Source: an uncultured bacterium | GTDB taxonomy: Bacteria > Bipolaricaulota > Bipolaricaulia > UBA7950 > UBA9294 | Reading direction: 5' to 3' | NCBI GenBank assembly: GCA_903857865.1 | Contig: CAIOGO010000018.1 | Coordinates: 23,588-87,587 of the forward strand | Length of the DNA: 64,000 nucleotides | In this document: positions 1 to 10,044 of the stretch, piece by piece | How positions within the stretch are numbered: position 1 is the stretch's first letter | How the letters are laid out: each line of letters starts with the position of its first letter | Program-made: the position numbers and the translations under genes | Notes under the pieces: model-generated | Database searches by the model: none | What the model saw: only the letters and a program-made list of their open reading frames with translations | Told to the model about the DNA's origin: nothing

Positions 1-1
1 T

Positions 2-169
2 GACGGTGCGGATGAGACACCGGGGATGTCGATCGGCCGCACGGCGACTCAGGCGCCCGATGTCGATCCGGTGACTTTCGTCCGCGGCCGGCACAAGGCC
101 GGAGTCTTCGTTCGTGCGCGGATCACCGGATCCTCCGATCTCGATCTGACCGCGACCGTCGTCCGCTAG
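2..169 (+). CDS. C-terminal fragment (about 55 aa) of an unidentified protein; the 5' end lies outside the window
   Basis: Open frame from the window edge to TAG at 167-169 (…VTFVRGRHKAGVFVRARITGSSDLDLTATVVR*). Convergent with the CAT-like gene. No recognisable motif. Confidence 0.25.
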   Translation, partial: DGADETPGMSIGRTATQAPDVDPVTFVRGRHKAGVFVRARITGSSDLDLTATVVR

Positions 170-183
170 CAGCCAGCAGGCTG

Positions 184-975
184 CTAGGCGAACGAGCCGG
201 AGCCCGCGACGATTTCCTCCGCCCGCGTGAAGAAGCGACCAACATCGACTCCATCGACTAGCGCATGATGCGCCTGGACGTTGAGCGGAAGGAGAACGCG
301 GCGACCCTGCTCGCGGAAGCGTCCCCAGGCGATGCGCGGGACGGAGTCCGGGGGATCGAGGGGAACTGGGTGCACGAGGGCGGTGAACGACACCCACGGC
401 AAGGTCGTCATGAAGAAGAGATCGTCGCGATCCGGCTCGGACCACAACGAGCCCGAGCGTCGCGCCCGCTCGATGCGCGCGTCGGCGTCCGCGGCGAAGC
501 GGCCGATGTCGGGATCGTACCGCAGCGTGGCGAAGCGGAAGGCGTCTCCCTCTCCGAGTATGGTGATCGACGGGTCGACGACCTCGTGCTCGACGACGTC
601 GTTCCCGCGGATGCGTTGGCGGAACGCCGGGACCTCGTTTGCCGCTGTGCAGAGCGCATGGACGAGGCTGACCGTAAACGAGAACCCGCGAGCGCGATGC
701 GTCTCTCGCAGTCGCGTCACGTCGAGGTCGGCGGTCACGCCCATGTACGGGAACGAGAGACCTCGGAAGAGCTCGAACGCCTCGCGACGACTCCATGTGG
801 TGACGTCAATGACGCGTGGTGCGCGGCGCTCTTCTACGGGTTGGTCCACAGTTTCACCGCCTCGGCGCGGACGACGAAGCAGGACGCGGGCGAGGCCCCG
901 GCGGGCGTGGCCGCTGGCGGCGCGAGCCATGCGAGCGCAAAAGCGAACGAACGCCTCATCTCGACCTCCGATCAC
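184..975 (-). CDS. Chloramphenicol O-acetyltransferase-like protein (classical CAT family). The true start is probably internal (about 849-930); the first ~45 residues of the ORF are Arg-rich.
   Basis: VIDVTTWSRREAFELF… aligns to the CAT N-terminus ([21 protein letters not shown]). A HHALVDGVDVGRFF motif matches the CAT catalytic HHAVCDG motif. Length fits. Confidence 0.75.
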   Translation of the reverse strand: MIGGRDEAFVRFCARMARAASGHARRGLARVLLRRPRRGGETVDQPVEERRAPRVIDVTTWSRREAFELFRGLSFPYMGVTADLDVTRLRETHRARGFSFTVSLVHALCTAANEVPAFRQRIRGNDVVEHEVVDPSITILGEGDAFRFATLRYDPDIGRFAADADARIERARRSGSLWSEPDRDDLFFMTTLPWVSFTALVHPVPLDPPDSVPRIAWGRFREQGRRVLLPLNVQAHHALVDGVDVGRFFTRAEEIVAGSGSFA

Positions 976-1099
976 GAACTCCGTTGGATTCTAGGTGCGC
1001 GGACGTGGAGAGACAACGAACACCGTGCCTCGACGCCTTGCTCACGGTGCCTCCACTCGGTCAATCTAGCGTGGGTGAGCAGGTCGGGAGGAGGAGTCC

Positions 1100-2125
1100 G
1101 TGAGTTGGACGAGGCGGCGGAAACGGTGGATGTGGATTGCGCTCGGGGCGCTCGTTTCTCTTGGGCTGCTTGTCCTCGCTTTCGTCCTCGTGCTCCACTT
1201 CACGGCGCCCGTTCCGCCCGGTGACGCGCCTGAGGTCGCGGTGAAGGCGATTCCGTCCGACTGGATCGAGCCCCCCGTGGCCCAGACCGAGTCGGAGGAG
1301 TCCGCAACTTCGTCCGGCCGGGCGACGTGGCGATCGACGGGCGCGCTCGCCCTGACCGCTGATGGGCGCTCGTTCGGCGAAGAAACCTACGAGCTCAGTG
1401 TTTCCGTTGACGGGGCGGTGCTCAAGTCTTCGGGCCGGTTCTGGTTCAAGATCCTCCTCGCTACGGTCAACGTGGCGTTCGAGCAGCGCTGGGAGGGGGG
1501 AGCCGGCCTCGAGCCGACGCTCTACACGCTGCACCTGAATGCGCCCTTCGGACAAGGCCAAGACATCGCCGGCGCGCTCGACGGGAACCGGTTCGCCGTG
1601 CGGCGCAACCGAAACGAGACGAGCCTTTCCATCGCGCCTGAGCGGACGATCGTCCTCGGCACGTTCAGCACCTACGCCCTCGTGCCGCTCTGGTTCGAAG
1701 AACGGCAACAAGATGGAGCCGCGTCGTTTGACGTCCTCCTATTCGGCGGGCCGCCGGGTGCCGCGTCCGTGGGCGGAGACGGCGAACTTCCCAAGGTCAC
1801 CGTCGAGCGCGACGGGACGGCGTCCGCACGAGGGGACGGTCTGATGATCCATGTCGAGAGGTATAAGATCTCGAGCCCGTTCGGCGACAGCGTGCTCTAC
1901 GCCAAAGGGAGAGAGTTCCTTGCCCTCGTCGCCGGAACCCCCGACCGGCCGCTTCTCGTCCACCGCAGCGACTACTTCCCTCAAGGCTTCAACGTGGTCG
2001 ACACGCAGAACGCGACGGGTGCGCTCCAGCTGGTTGAGAATCTCGGGTACCGGGCGACGAGGACCTTCATCACGTACCGCAAGCCGCTGGCGCAGCCGGA
2101 TGCGGCTGGAGCTGCGCGGAAGTAA
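1100..2125 (+). CDS. Membrane-anchored hypothetical protein (N-terminal TM helix plus a ~300 aa extracytoplasmic domain)
   Basis: 341 aa ORF. Hydrophobic N-terminus (WIALGALVSLGLLVLAFVLVL). Protein-like composition. Followed 68 nt later by the APH gene on the same strand. Confidence 0.55.
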   Translation: MSWTRRRKRWMWIALGALVSLGLLVLAFVLVLHFTAPVPPGDAPEVAVKAIPSDWIEPPVAQTESEESATSSGRATWRSTGALALTADGRSFGEETYELSVSVDGAVLKSSGRFWFKILLATVNVAFEQRWEGGAGLEPTLYTLHLNAPFGQGQDIAGALDGNRFAVRRNRNETSLSIAPERTIVLGTFSTYALVPLWFEERQQDGAASFDVLLFGGPPGAASVGGDGELPKVTVERDGTASARGDGLMIHVERYKISSPFGDSVLYAKGREFLALVAGTPDRPLLVHRSDYFPQGFNVVDTQNATGALQLVENLGYRATRTFITYRKPLAQPDAAGAARK

Positions 2126-2192
2126 CTCCCAGCCATCTCTCAAGGGTGCGGCTCCGATTGCCCTCTGGAGACGGCGGGGCGAAACTCTCCCC

Positions 2193-3173
2193 ATGCGACG
2201 GTTCGACGAGCTTACGGACAGCGAGAAGACAGAGCGCTACGCGCGCCTTGCCGAGAAAGCCCTCGCCGCCTACGGCCTTGCCGGCGACCTCGTCTACGTC
2301 GCCCAAGGGACAAGCGTTGTGTTTCGATTGCGCGCCGGCGGGGCGTCGTTCGCACTACGCCTCTGCGCTCCCGGACGCGATCACGCTCCGCTGCGGCGTG
2401 AGCTCCTCTGGCTTGCAGCCCTCGGCCGCGACACGAGCTTGTCGATTCCCGAGCCGGTCTTGAGTCTGACCGGAGACCTCTTCCGGTCTGTGTCGATGGA
2501 GGGTGTGCCTAGCACGCGAGCGTGCATGGTGTTGCGTTGGATTGACGGCGAGCGCCGCGAAGCCGAGCTGACCACTGACGAGGTGGCGGCCATGGGGCAA
2601 CTTGCCGCGGCATTGCACCGGCACGCCGAGACGTTCCGCTGGCCGGACGAGCTTGCGCTCGGATGCGCGGATCCCGCGGACCGGATGCTTGCGGCTGCCG
2701 AAGGTGTCCGTCCGGCGCTTGCCTCGCCGGCGGACCAGGCGCTGTTGTGCAACGCGGCGGCCTTCGTCAGCGAGGCCACCGCAGAGCACGGGGCCAGCCC
2801 GGAGGCTATCGGGGTCATCCACGGCGACCTACGGCTGCGAAAGATGCGCACGGGCCGCGACCCGGTAGGCATCCTCGGGTTCGACGCCTGCCGCATCGGC
2901 GCGTACCTCGACGATCTCTCTCTCCTTTGGAGCGCGCTCGACGGCCGCGAAGCGACGCCGGCGCTTCGTGAAGCGTTGCTCGACGGATACCAGTCGGTCC
3001 GCGGGTTTCCCGCCGGCGGCGCGAGCTCCCTGCGCGCCTACGTCGCGTTGCGCGGAATGGAGGACGCCGCGCGGACACTCCATGCCCTGGGCCGAGAACG
3101 GACGCCCAATCGGGGGTCCCTGGATCGAGTGACGGGCGACCTTCGCCGCGTTCTGGTCGGCGCCTTGCGCTAG
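2193..3173 (+). CDS. Aminoglycoside/antibiotic phosphotransferase-family kinase (APH / protein-kinase-like fold)
   Basis: Start ATG re-called at M115 of ORF 1851..3173. Catalytic-loop motif IHGDLRLRKM (HGDxxxxN) and DxxR-type downstream motif. About 326 aa. Confidence 0.75.
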   Translation: MRRFDELTDSEKTERYARLAEKALAAYGLAGDLVYVAQGTSVVFRLRAGGASFALRLCAPGRDHAPLRRELLWLAALGRDTSLSIPEPVLSLTGDLFRSVSMEGVPSTRACMVLRWIDGERREAELTTDEVAAMGQLAAALHRHAETFRWPDELALGCADPADRMLAAAEGVRPALASPADQALLCNAAAFVSEATAEHGASPEAIGVIHGDLRLRKMRTGRDPVGILGFDACRIGAYLDDLSLLWSALDGREATPALREALLDGYQSVRGFPAGGASSLRAYVALRGMEDAARTLHALGRERTPNRGSLDRVTGDLRRVLVGALR

Positions 3174-3229
3174 TCCGTTCGACACAGTGCGTCGGTGCAA
3201 TGAGCCGCTCCTCCCAGTATTCTCCCTGA

Positions 3230-4687
3230 ATGCACTTCAAGACGCCGACCCGAGAGGACATCCTGACCGGACCCGCCCTGCGCACGATGGCTTGCATCGG
3301 GGCGCCGGCTGCGCTCGGTTCCCTCATCTTCACGTTCTACAACCTGGCTGACGCGTTCTGGGTCGGTCGGCTTCCGGTCGACGACGCCGGAGCGGCCATG
3401 GCCGGGATCCAGGTTTCTTGGCCCTTCGTTTGGCTACTCATCTCGTTCATCGGCGGCTTCGGCGGCGCGGCGGCCAGCGCGTTCGTCGCCCAGTACACGG
3501 GAGCGGGGCGGCCGCGCGAAGCGAATCTCGCTCTGAACCAGCTTGTGTTCCTCTCTGCGGTCGGCAGCGTGGTCTTCGGCCTGCTCGGCTTCGCGCTCAC
3601 GCCGTGGGTCCTCACGATTCTTGTCGGCCACGGAGCGGTTGCGGACGCAGCCGGCATCTATCTTCAGATCATCTTCCTCGGCTTGCCGACGATGGTGCTG
3701 CCCGGCCTTTTCTCGCAGGCATACATCGCCACCGGCGACGGAGTGACGCCGCTCCTCGTGAACGGAGCATGCACCGTGCTGAACATGGTTCTCGATCCCT
3801 TCCTCGTTCTCGGGTGGGGTCCGTTTGGCCGCATGGGCATCCTCGGCGCTGGATACGCGACCGTGGCCGCTCAAGCCGTGGCGACGATCGTCTTCCTCGT
3901 CTTGTTCGCGCGCAGCCGCGGCGTACTCCACCTGCGATGGGCCGAGCTTCGACCTCGGAAGAGCTGGATTCTGCGCGCGCTGCGCGTCGGGACTCCGGCC
4001 GGCCTCGGTCAGTCCGGGACGGCGCTCGGCTTCGTCGTCATGACCGGCGTGATCGGCCGCCTGCCAAACGCGGAGGCGGCACTTGCCGGGTACGGCGTGG
4101 GGGATCGCCTCCTCGGGATCTTCCTCATTCTCTCGGAAGGGCTGCAATCTGGGCTCACGGCGATGATCGGCCAGGCGCTCGGCGCTGGACTCCTCGAACG
4201 GGCGAGGGACCTCCTGCGAAAGGGGCTGGCCTCGCTCATCGTGATCCTCTCGATCGAAGGCGTCATCCTGATCCTCATCCGACACCCCCTTGTGGCGCTG
4301 TTCGCCCCGGGAAACGCGGATGTCATCGAGGTGGGCGCGCAGTTCGTCCTCGCGTTTGCCGTGTCGCTCCCGTTCTTCGGAACGTTCTTTGCCGCCACGG
4401 CCGTCTACCGAGCGGCGGGGCGCAATTGGCCCTCGGCGATGCTCGAGCTCGTGCGACTGTGGGGGCTGCGAGTGCCCCTTTCGTTTCTCTTCGCCTTCCC
4501 CTTCGGCCTTGGAGCGACCGGCGCGTGGTGGGGCATGTCGGCGAGCAACATCCTGGCCGGACTCCTCGCCGTCGTCTTCCTCGGCCGCTACAGCTGGCAA
4601 CACGCGATCATCGAGCCGGCATCGGATCCTACCTGCGCTCTCCAGGTCCATCCTGGAGGAACGCGCGTCAACCCTGACGAACCGTAG
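3230..4687 (+). CDS. MATE family multidrug efflux transporter (NorM/DinF-like)
   Basis: 485 aa with about 12 TM segments. Typical MATE N-terminus (PALRTMACIGAPAALGSLIFTFYNLADAFWVGRL) and repeated 6+6 TM organisation. Confidence 0.9.
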   Translation: MHFKTPTREDILTGPALRTMACIGAPAALGSLIFTFYNLADAFWVGRLPVDDAGAAMAGIQVSWPFVWLLISFIGGFGGAAASAFVAQYTGAGRPREANLALNQLVFLSAVGSVVFGLLGFALTPWVLTILVGHGAVADAAGIYLQIIFLGLPTMVLPGLFSQAYIATGDGVTPLLVNGACTVLNMVLDPFLVLGWGPFGRMGILGAGYATVAAQAVATIVFLVLFARSRGVLHLRWAELRPRKSWILRALRVGTPAGLGQSGTALGFVVMTGVIGRLPNAEAALAGYGVGDRLLGIFLILSEGLQSGLTAMIGQALGAGLLERARDLLRKGLASLIVILSIEGVILILIRHPLVALFAPGNADVIEVGAQFVLAFAVSLPFFGTFFAATAVYRAAGRNWPSAMLELVRLWGLRVPLSFLFAFPFGLGATGAWWGMSASNILAGLLAVVFLGRYSWQHAIIEPASDPTCALQVHPGGTRVNPDEP

Positions 4688-4833
4688 GACGAACGGCCGG
4701 CGCTTGTGGCAGCTCGGGCCCGGAGGAACAGGGCGATGATGACGCGAAGACCCTGCGCACGTGAGTTCATTCCGCGCCTACCGCTAGGAGATCCCAGCTT
4801 GCCCTCCGGCCGCTGCTTTGGCGCTCCGCTACG

Positions 4834-5688
4834 TCACGGAGTTGTCTGGCTTGGACGCGGCACGTGCCGTGCGATCTCGGCCGCGAGAGAATCGCCGGGC
4901 AGCGCGAACGAGTTGATCAACTCGCCGTTCAGGTACGTCCATCCCCAGTCCCACGGCGACGCCGCCAGCCGGAACGCGTCCTCGCGCGAGTCGATCGCGT
5001 GCTGCTCGAACGAGATGCGGCCTCGGTCGGGGTGGCTCTCGATCGCGAGGCGGAGTCGCTCCGCGAAGCTGACGCTGTACGGACAACGTGCGCTCCACGT
5101 GGAGTCGATGGCCAGGAGACCCTCGCCACGCAGATCGCGTGGCGCAAAGGTTGCTGGCGCCAAGCGCGGCGGGAGAGCGCCCGCGTGGAACGGCAGCCAG
5201 AGGAGCGCGATCGGTTCCTGGCGGACGATCTCCAGGAAACCAAGGCGTGTCAGGAGAGCGATGGGATAGTGCGTCGGATGATTCCATCCCAACGTCGCCA
5301 TTCCGGAGAACGTGTTTCGTGCTTCGGCGACGGCGGCCTCGATGAGTCGAGCTTCTTGTTCGAGGTGACTCGGATCCTCCGGCTCGGTGCCCGCCCAATG
5401 GAAGCAGAGGAGGACGCAGGCGCCCGGCGCCTCGATCGGAAAGGGCGCCGTCTCGGCGGGCATAAACTCGACGAACCCACGCGGCCTGCCATCGGCGTAG
5501 GCGACGAGGCCACGCATGCCCTCCGCGACTCTCTCCCGATGCCACCGCGTGACCACGTCGAGATCTCCAAGGAACGACTTCCCGGCAAGCTCGAGGCCGC
5601 CTGGGCAGCAGACGACGTCCGACAACGTTGTGCCATCAAGGGGGCGAATCTCTGCGCTTTGGGTCTGCTCCATGGGCGGAGCCAGCAT
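4834..5688 (-). CDS. Hypothetical protein, possibly GNAT-fold acyltransferase-like with a C-terminal extension
   Basis: 284 aa protein-like ORF. Weak GNAT-like core (GLVAYADGRPRGFVEFMP…). Function uncertain. Confidence 0.45.
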   Translation of the reverse strand: MLAPPMEQTQSAEIRPLDGTTLSDVVCCPGGLELAGKSFLGDLDVVTRWHRERVAEGMRGLVAYADGRPRGFVEFMPAETAPFPIEAPGACVLLCFHWAGTEPEDPSHLEQEARLIEAAVAEARNTFSGMATLGWNHPTHYPIALLTRLGFLEIVRQEPIALLWLPFHAGALPPRLAPATFAPRDLRGEGLLAIDSTWSARCPYSVSFAERLRLAIESHPDRGRISFEQHAIDSREDAFRLAASPWDWGWTYLNGELINSFALPGDSLAAEIARHVPRPSQTTP

Positions 5689-5875
5689 ACCGGGCGGGAG
5701 AGTGGTCCGCTAGGCGCCGCTCGATGGCGCGGGCTTGGAACTACGTATGCACGTCGCCTGCGGCGCCCTCGTTAGCGCACCCTAGACCGTTCGAAGCGCC
5801 TTGCGCAGGATGGCGAATCTTGCGTCGGGCGGAATTTTCTCGACGCGGAACCCGAGCTGTTTGTACAACCCTGAG

Positions 5876-8131
5876 CTACGAGGCCGGGCTCGGTCCCGAG
5901 GGGCTTCCGCTCGGTGGAATCGGAGTGGGAGTGACCCAGCTGAGAATCGTCGCGACCACGCTCCAGTCCATCTCCGCGTCCAGGTGCCCGTTGAGAGAAG
6001 CCGCCGGTTCCGGCTGGACCCGCAGCCAGTGGTTGACGCCCTTCACGACGGCCGATGTGGCTTCCTGGTTGCCGGCCGCTTGTGCGGCCTGAACGAACAG
6101 CTCGGCACCCGCCGCCGGCACGACGAAGTCCGTGTCTCCCTGGACGAACAGCATCTTCGTCTGCACCGCGCGCGCCGCGTCGACGGGGTCCACGTCCAGG
6201 ACGTCGCGCAACAACGGCAACGGGAAGAACTGACTCCTTCTGGCGTACTCCAGCTCGTTCATCCACGGCAGCGCCTCTCGTGCGGCCTCCAAGCCGACAT
6301 CGGCCCACGTCCCTTGCGTCGACCGGGCAAACCGCAGGAACGATTGCTCGCGTTCGACGAGGGCTTGCACATCCGCGGAGGAGAGCCCGTCTGCCTCGGC
6401 ACGCCCGCGAACCTGCTCGACCCAGCTCTCGGCAAGGGAGCGGGCGGGCGTCGCGATTGAAATGGCGCCGCTCGCGAAGAGGCTTCGCGCACCCAAGCGC
6501 TGGGCCAGCAAGCCGCCGTAGCCGTACCCGACGACGAACACCTTCGTGGGGTCGATCATCGGGTCGTGGCTGAGCGTGATGAGTGCGACCAGTGCGTCGT
6601 CCTCCAGCTCGGCGAGCGTGAGCCTCGCGTAGTCCCCGCCGCTCGCGCCGGTGCCACGCGGGTCGAAGCGGAAGCTGGCGACTCCCTGCTGTCCAAGCCG
6701 GCGAGCCAGATCGCGGAGGATTCTCGTCTCGAGCCCGACGGCGTCGCCGTTGCGGTCGAACGGCCCGAGATCCGGAAGCAGGAGGACGGCGGGCATCTTC
6801 CCGGCCGCGGAGGACGGGGCGGTGAAGGTCCCCTTGAGGGTGACTCCCTGGTCGACGAACTTCGTCTCGATCTCCGCGACGCCCATTGGTGCGGCCATCT
6901 CAACCAGCGTGCGCTTTGCGAGCGAAAGCCCCTTCGGGAAGAGGTCCTGGCGGTAGGCAAAGAGCGCCTGCGACGGCACAGCGACGGCGATCACGATGTC
7001 GTTCTGCACGTAGTAGTACGCAACATCGGCCTCCGTTCCGAACTGGACCCGGTGCTCGTATCCGAGGTCCTTCAGGCCTGAAACGGACACGGTGACCGGG
7101 ACCGAGGGTCCGATCCGCACGGGAATGAGGTCTCGTTGGCTCGCGCGGAGGATCGTCCGCTCGACGACCACCTTGTCGACCGTGGCTCCGAGCGCCCGGT
7201 GGATCAAGACGTAGGACGAGGGCGACGCGCCGTCGAATGCCACGGCGGCCGGCGCTGACTGAACGCTCTCTTCGATGATCCGGACGCCTGCAGCGACGAG
7301 CACGACGCGACCTTCCTCCAGGTCCGCGGTGACATCTTGCGCGACGCCATTCACGGTTCCCGTCAGCCGGTACCCCGTGGGTTGGAGATTTGCGTCCAAG
7401 GTCAGCGCCTGCGAAAGCTCCGTTCCGAGGGGGCCTCCGCTGCGCCGGATGTTCGAGGCGAGTGTATACCCCTCGCCAGAACGCTGCAGCTCGAACGTCT
7501 CGATCCCGACGGGAATCCCCGTCTGAAGCACGAGGAATCGGCCCTCGTCGACGCGCTCGTCCGTCGTTGCGGCAACCACGCCAGGTTCGGTGGGCGAAGG
7601 TCGAAGCTCTGCAGCCGGTTCCGGCGGCACAGGTTGCGGAGCGTGTTCTACCGCCGCTTCCGCCGAAGGTTGAGGCGCTGTTGCCGGCTCCACGGGTTGG
7701 GCGATCGGTTGTGCCGGAGTCTGTGACTGCGGCTCGGCCGTCGCGGGCTCGACGGCCGGTTGGGACTCAGGTTGCGCGGGAGGCGGCGCTACAGGCTGCG
7801 TCGCAGGCGTTGTCGTCGACTGAGTCGTGGGCTGTGCCCCCGTCTCGAGCTTTGACACCCGTGCGCCGAGCGCGTCGATGTCGGCCAGCGCATCGGCCTG
7901 CTCCTTCACCTTGCCGGACAAGTCGTTGACTCGCGCGGTGATCGGGGCCACCAGTTCGGATTGCCGAGTTGTGGTCTCGGTTCGCTGGCGGGCAACCTCA
8001 GCGCGTAGGTCGTCGAGCTCGCGGCTCGCGTCGTTCGTCGAGCGTATGAGGTGCACGGTCAACGCCAACAGCGCGACGAGCGAGCCGATCAGCACGATGG
8101 CACCAACGAGCTTCCAGGAACGGTTCTTCAT
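5876..8131 (-). CDS. Membrane-anchored alpha/beta-hydrolase (S9 peptidase / dienelactone-hydrolase-like domain) with N-terminal TM, coiled coil and Pro/Gln/Thr/Ala-rich linker
   Basis: Start re-called at MKNRSWKLVGAIVL (M32 of ORF 5876..8224), preceded by a plausible RBS. TM helix, heptad-like region, a ~90 aa P/Q/T/A low-complexity linker, then a hydrolase domain with nucleophile-elbow-like VVGYGYGG. Confidence 0.75.
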   Translation of the reverse strand: MKNRSWKLVGAIVLIGSLVALLALTVHLIRSTNDASRELDDLRAEVARQRTETTTRQSELVAPITARVNDLSGKVKEQADALADIDALGARVSKLETGAQPTTQSTTTPATQPVAPPPAQPESQPAVEPATAEPQSQTPAQPIAQPVEPATAPQPSAEAAVEHAPQPVPPEPAAELRPSPTEPGVVAATTDERVDEGRFLVLQTGIPVGIETFELQRSGEGYTLASNIRRSGGPLGTELSQALTLDANLQPTGYRLTGTVNGVAQDVTADLEEGRVVLVAAGVRIIEESVQSAPAAVAFDGASPSSYVLIHRALGATVDKVVVERTILRASQRDLIPVRIGPSVPVTVSVSGLKDLGYEHRVQFGTEADVAYYYVQNDIVIAVAVPSQALFAYRQDLFPKGLSLAKRTLVEMAAPMGVAEIETKFVDQGVTLKGTFTAPSSAAGKMPAVLLLPDLGPFDRNGDAVGLETRILRDLARRLGQQGVASFRFDPRGTGASGGDYARLTLAELEDDALVALITLSHDPMIDPTKVFVVGYGYGGLLAQRLGARSLFASGAISIATPARSLAESWVEQVRGRAEADGLSSADVQALVEREQSFLRFARSTQGTWADVGLEAAREALPWMNELEYARRSQFFPLPLLRDVLDVDPVDAARAVQTKMLFVQGDTDFVVPAAGAELFVQAAQAAGNQEATSAVVKGVNHWLRVQPEPAASLNGHLDAEMDWSVVATILSWVTPTPIPPSGSPSGPSPAS

Positions 8132-8250
8132 GGCGCTCTCCCTTCGCGATCCTGTCGTCTGGAACGAAGACCAGCGCAGTATAGAAGATGGCGGAGAGAG
8201 ATGAAAGCTGTGGAATCGGCCCACGGGCGTAGCCGCGGCCGCGCAGGGCC

Positions 8251-9603
8251 CTACCCCTCGTAGGATCGGATCACGTCGTACAGAACGTCGGCGCCGAACC
8301 CTACGGCCTCGACCGGAATGCGCTCATCCGCAGCGTGGATCGTCGAGAAGAACGAGACATCCGGAGGCAGATTCATCGGCGTATAGCCGTACGTCTGGAC
8401 TCCGAGCCTGGCGAAGTGCCGTCCGTCGCTGCTGGCCGGAAGAAGGTACGGGACCGGCACGGCATCGGGAACCCGCTCCCGGAGAAGACGTCCGAGCAGA
8501 TCGACGAGCTGGAGGTCAGGCTCGGAAGAGCGCCCTTCCTCGGCGACGACGTGAGCCTCGCCGTCGCCGCGCAGGATGGGGCGCAGCTCATCGAGGAGAT
8601 CGGCCGTCGTGTACCCGGGCAGGAGCCGCGCGTCGAGAGCGATGTGGACTTCGCTCGGGATGACGTTCAAACGCTCCCCACCGCGAACGATCGTTGCGTT
8701 CACGGTGTTTCGGAAGAGAGGCTCGAAGGTGCGTCCGGCCTCGCCGAGCGCGTCCAGCACGCGATCGGTGAACGCGCGGTGGAGAAGACGGCGCACGACG
8801 ACCCGACCTGCGAATGGCAGGCGGGTGGCCATCGTCTCGATCATCTGCCGCGTCACCGAGGTTATGTGCACGGGGAGGCGATGCGTCTCGAGACGTGCGA
8901 GGATCTTGCCGAGCTTCGCCATGGCGCCGCCCCGCAGAGGGCGTGCGCCGTGACCGGCCGGCCCGCGGATGACCACGTCGACGGCGACGGGCAGCTTCTC
9001 CGCCACCTGGATCATGTAGAACGTGCGGCCAAGGATCCGCAGGGGAAACCCGCCGAACTCGCCGATCGCGTATCGGACGCCACGAAAGAGATCCGGACGC
9101 TCGTCGACCAGGAAACGGGCGCCGCAGTCTCCGCCCGACTCTTCGTCCACAACCAGGGCAAGAACGAGGTCGCCGGCCGGGGTGACGCCGCCGTTTGCGG
9201 CGCGCAGGAAGGCGCTCACCATCATGGCCACGCCGCCCTTCATATCGAGCGCGCCGCGCCCCCACACGTAGCCGTCGGCGATCGCGCCGGCGAACGGCGG
9301 CACGCTCCACGTCTGATCCGCGGCGGAAACGACATCCACGTGGCCGCAGAAGAGAAGAGCCGGCGCTCGGCCGCGCCCGGGCAGTCGTGCGATCAGATTC
9401 GGCCGGCCGGGGATCTTCTCGGCTCGTTCGGTGACGAGACCAGCTTCCCTCAAGAGACCGTCGAGGAAGTCGATGCACGGGCCTTCACTGCCCGGAGGGT
9501 TTGACGTGTCGAAGCGAAGGAGCTCCTGAAGCAGTTCAACCGGGCACTCACCCGTGGACAGCTTCGCCTGGGTCACGAGTCCTCCCCTGGGCACGCCGCG
9601 CAC
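8251..9603 (-). CDS. M20 family metallopeptidase (ArgE/DapE/ACY1/CPG2-like)
   Basis: HVDVV metal-binding motif, GRGALDMKGG, DEESGG (metal Asp/Glu), 450 aa. The start may be GTG at about 9576, immediately after the upstream gene's stop. Confidence 0.85.
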   Translation of the reverse strand: MRGVPRGGLVTQAKLSTGECPVELLQELLRFDTSNPPGSEGPCIDFLDGLLREAGLVTERAEKIPGRPNLIARLPGRGRAPALLFCGHVDVVSAADQTWSVPPFAGAIADGYVWGRGALDMKGGVAMMVSAFLRAANGGVTPAGDLVLALVVDEESGGDCGARFLVDERPDLFRGVRYAIGEFGGFPLRILGRTFYMIQVAEKLPVAVDVVIRGPAGHGARPLRGGAMAKLGKILARLETHRLPVHITSVTRQMIETMATRLPFAGRVVVRRLLHRAFTDRVLDALGEAGRTFEPLFRNTVNATIVRGGERLNVIPSEVHIALDARLLPGYTTADLLDELRPILRGDGEAHVVAEEGRSSEPDLQLVDLLGRLLRERVPDAVPVPYLLPASSDGRHFARLGVQTYGYTPMNLPPDVSFFSTIHAADERIPVEAVGFGADVLYDVIRSYEG

Positions 9604-9959
9604 CCCGTCATCCTACACCCACCTTGCCTTTGCCACTTCTTGAACAGGAAGAACGCGGCCGCGATGAGAAACGCGAACCCGACCAGATAGTTCCACCGAA
9701 GGGGCTCCTTCAGGTATGTGACGGAGAACCCGGCGAAGACGACGAGCGAGATGACCTCTTGGATCGTCTTCAACTGGGCTGCTGAAAACTGTCCGTGGCC
9801 GAAGCGGTTTGCGGGCACTTGGAAGCAGTACTCGACGAACGCGATGCCCCAACTGACGAGGATGGCGATCCAGAGCGGCGAGGTTTTGAAACGCAGATGG
9901 CCGTACCACGCGACGGTCATGAACACGTTGGAGACGAGGAGAAGGAGGATCGTTCGCAT
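9573..9959 (-). CDS. Small DMT-superfamily membrane protein (DUF486-like)
   Basis: Start re-called at MRTILLLLVSNVFMTVAWYGHLRF (M26 of ORF 9573..10034). About 128 aa, four hydrophobic segments. Confidence 0.55.
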   Translation of the reverse strand: MRTILLLLVSNVFMTVAWYGHLRFKTSPLWIAILVSWGIAFVEYCFQVPANRFGHGQFSAAQLKTIQEVISLVVFAGFSVTYLKEPLRWNYLVGFAFLIAAAFFLFKKWQRQGGCRMTGCAACPGEDS

Positions 9960-10044
9960 GCTGTCTGAGGACACACCGGCGGGCACGGCCCGCGCTACAA
10001 AACAGCGCGGGGGGCGTGACCGCCCCCCGCGCATCCCCTAGATG

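Noticed and set aside
3434-4651. 405-aa ORF on the minus strand
   Set aside because: Antisense to the well-supported MATE transporter. The translation is Arg/Glu/Asp-rich low-complexity, typical of shadow ORFs in high-GC DNA. Same reasoning applies to 3418..4677(+), 16344..17051(-), 17430..18869(-), 27095..29149(-), 33172..34149(-), 34154..35407(+), 35659..36774(-), 37047..37796(-), 43105..44274(-), 48271..49260(-), 50787..52208(-) and 55160..56332(+).
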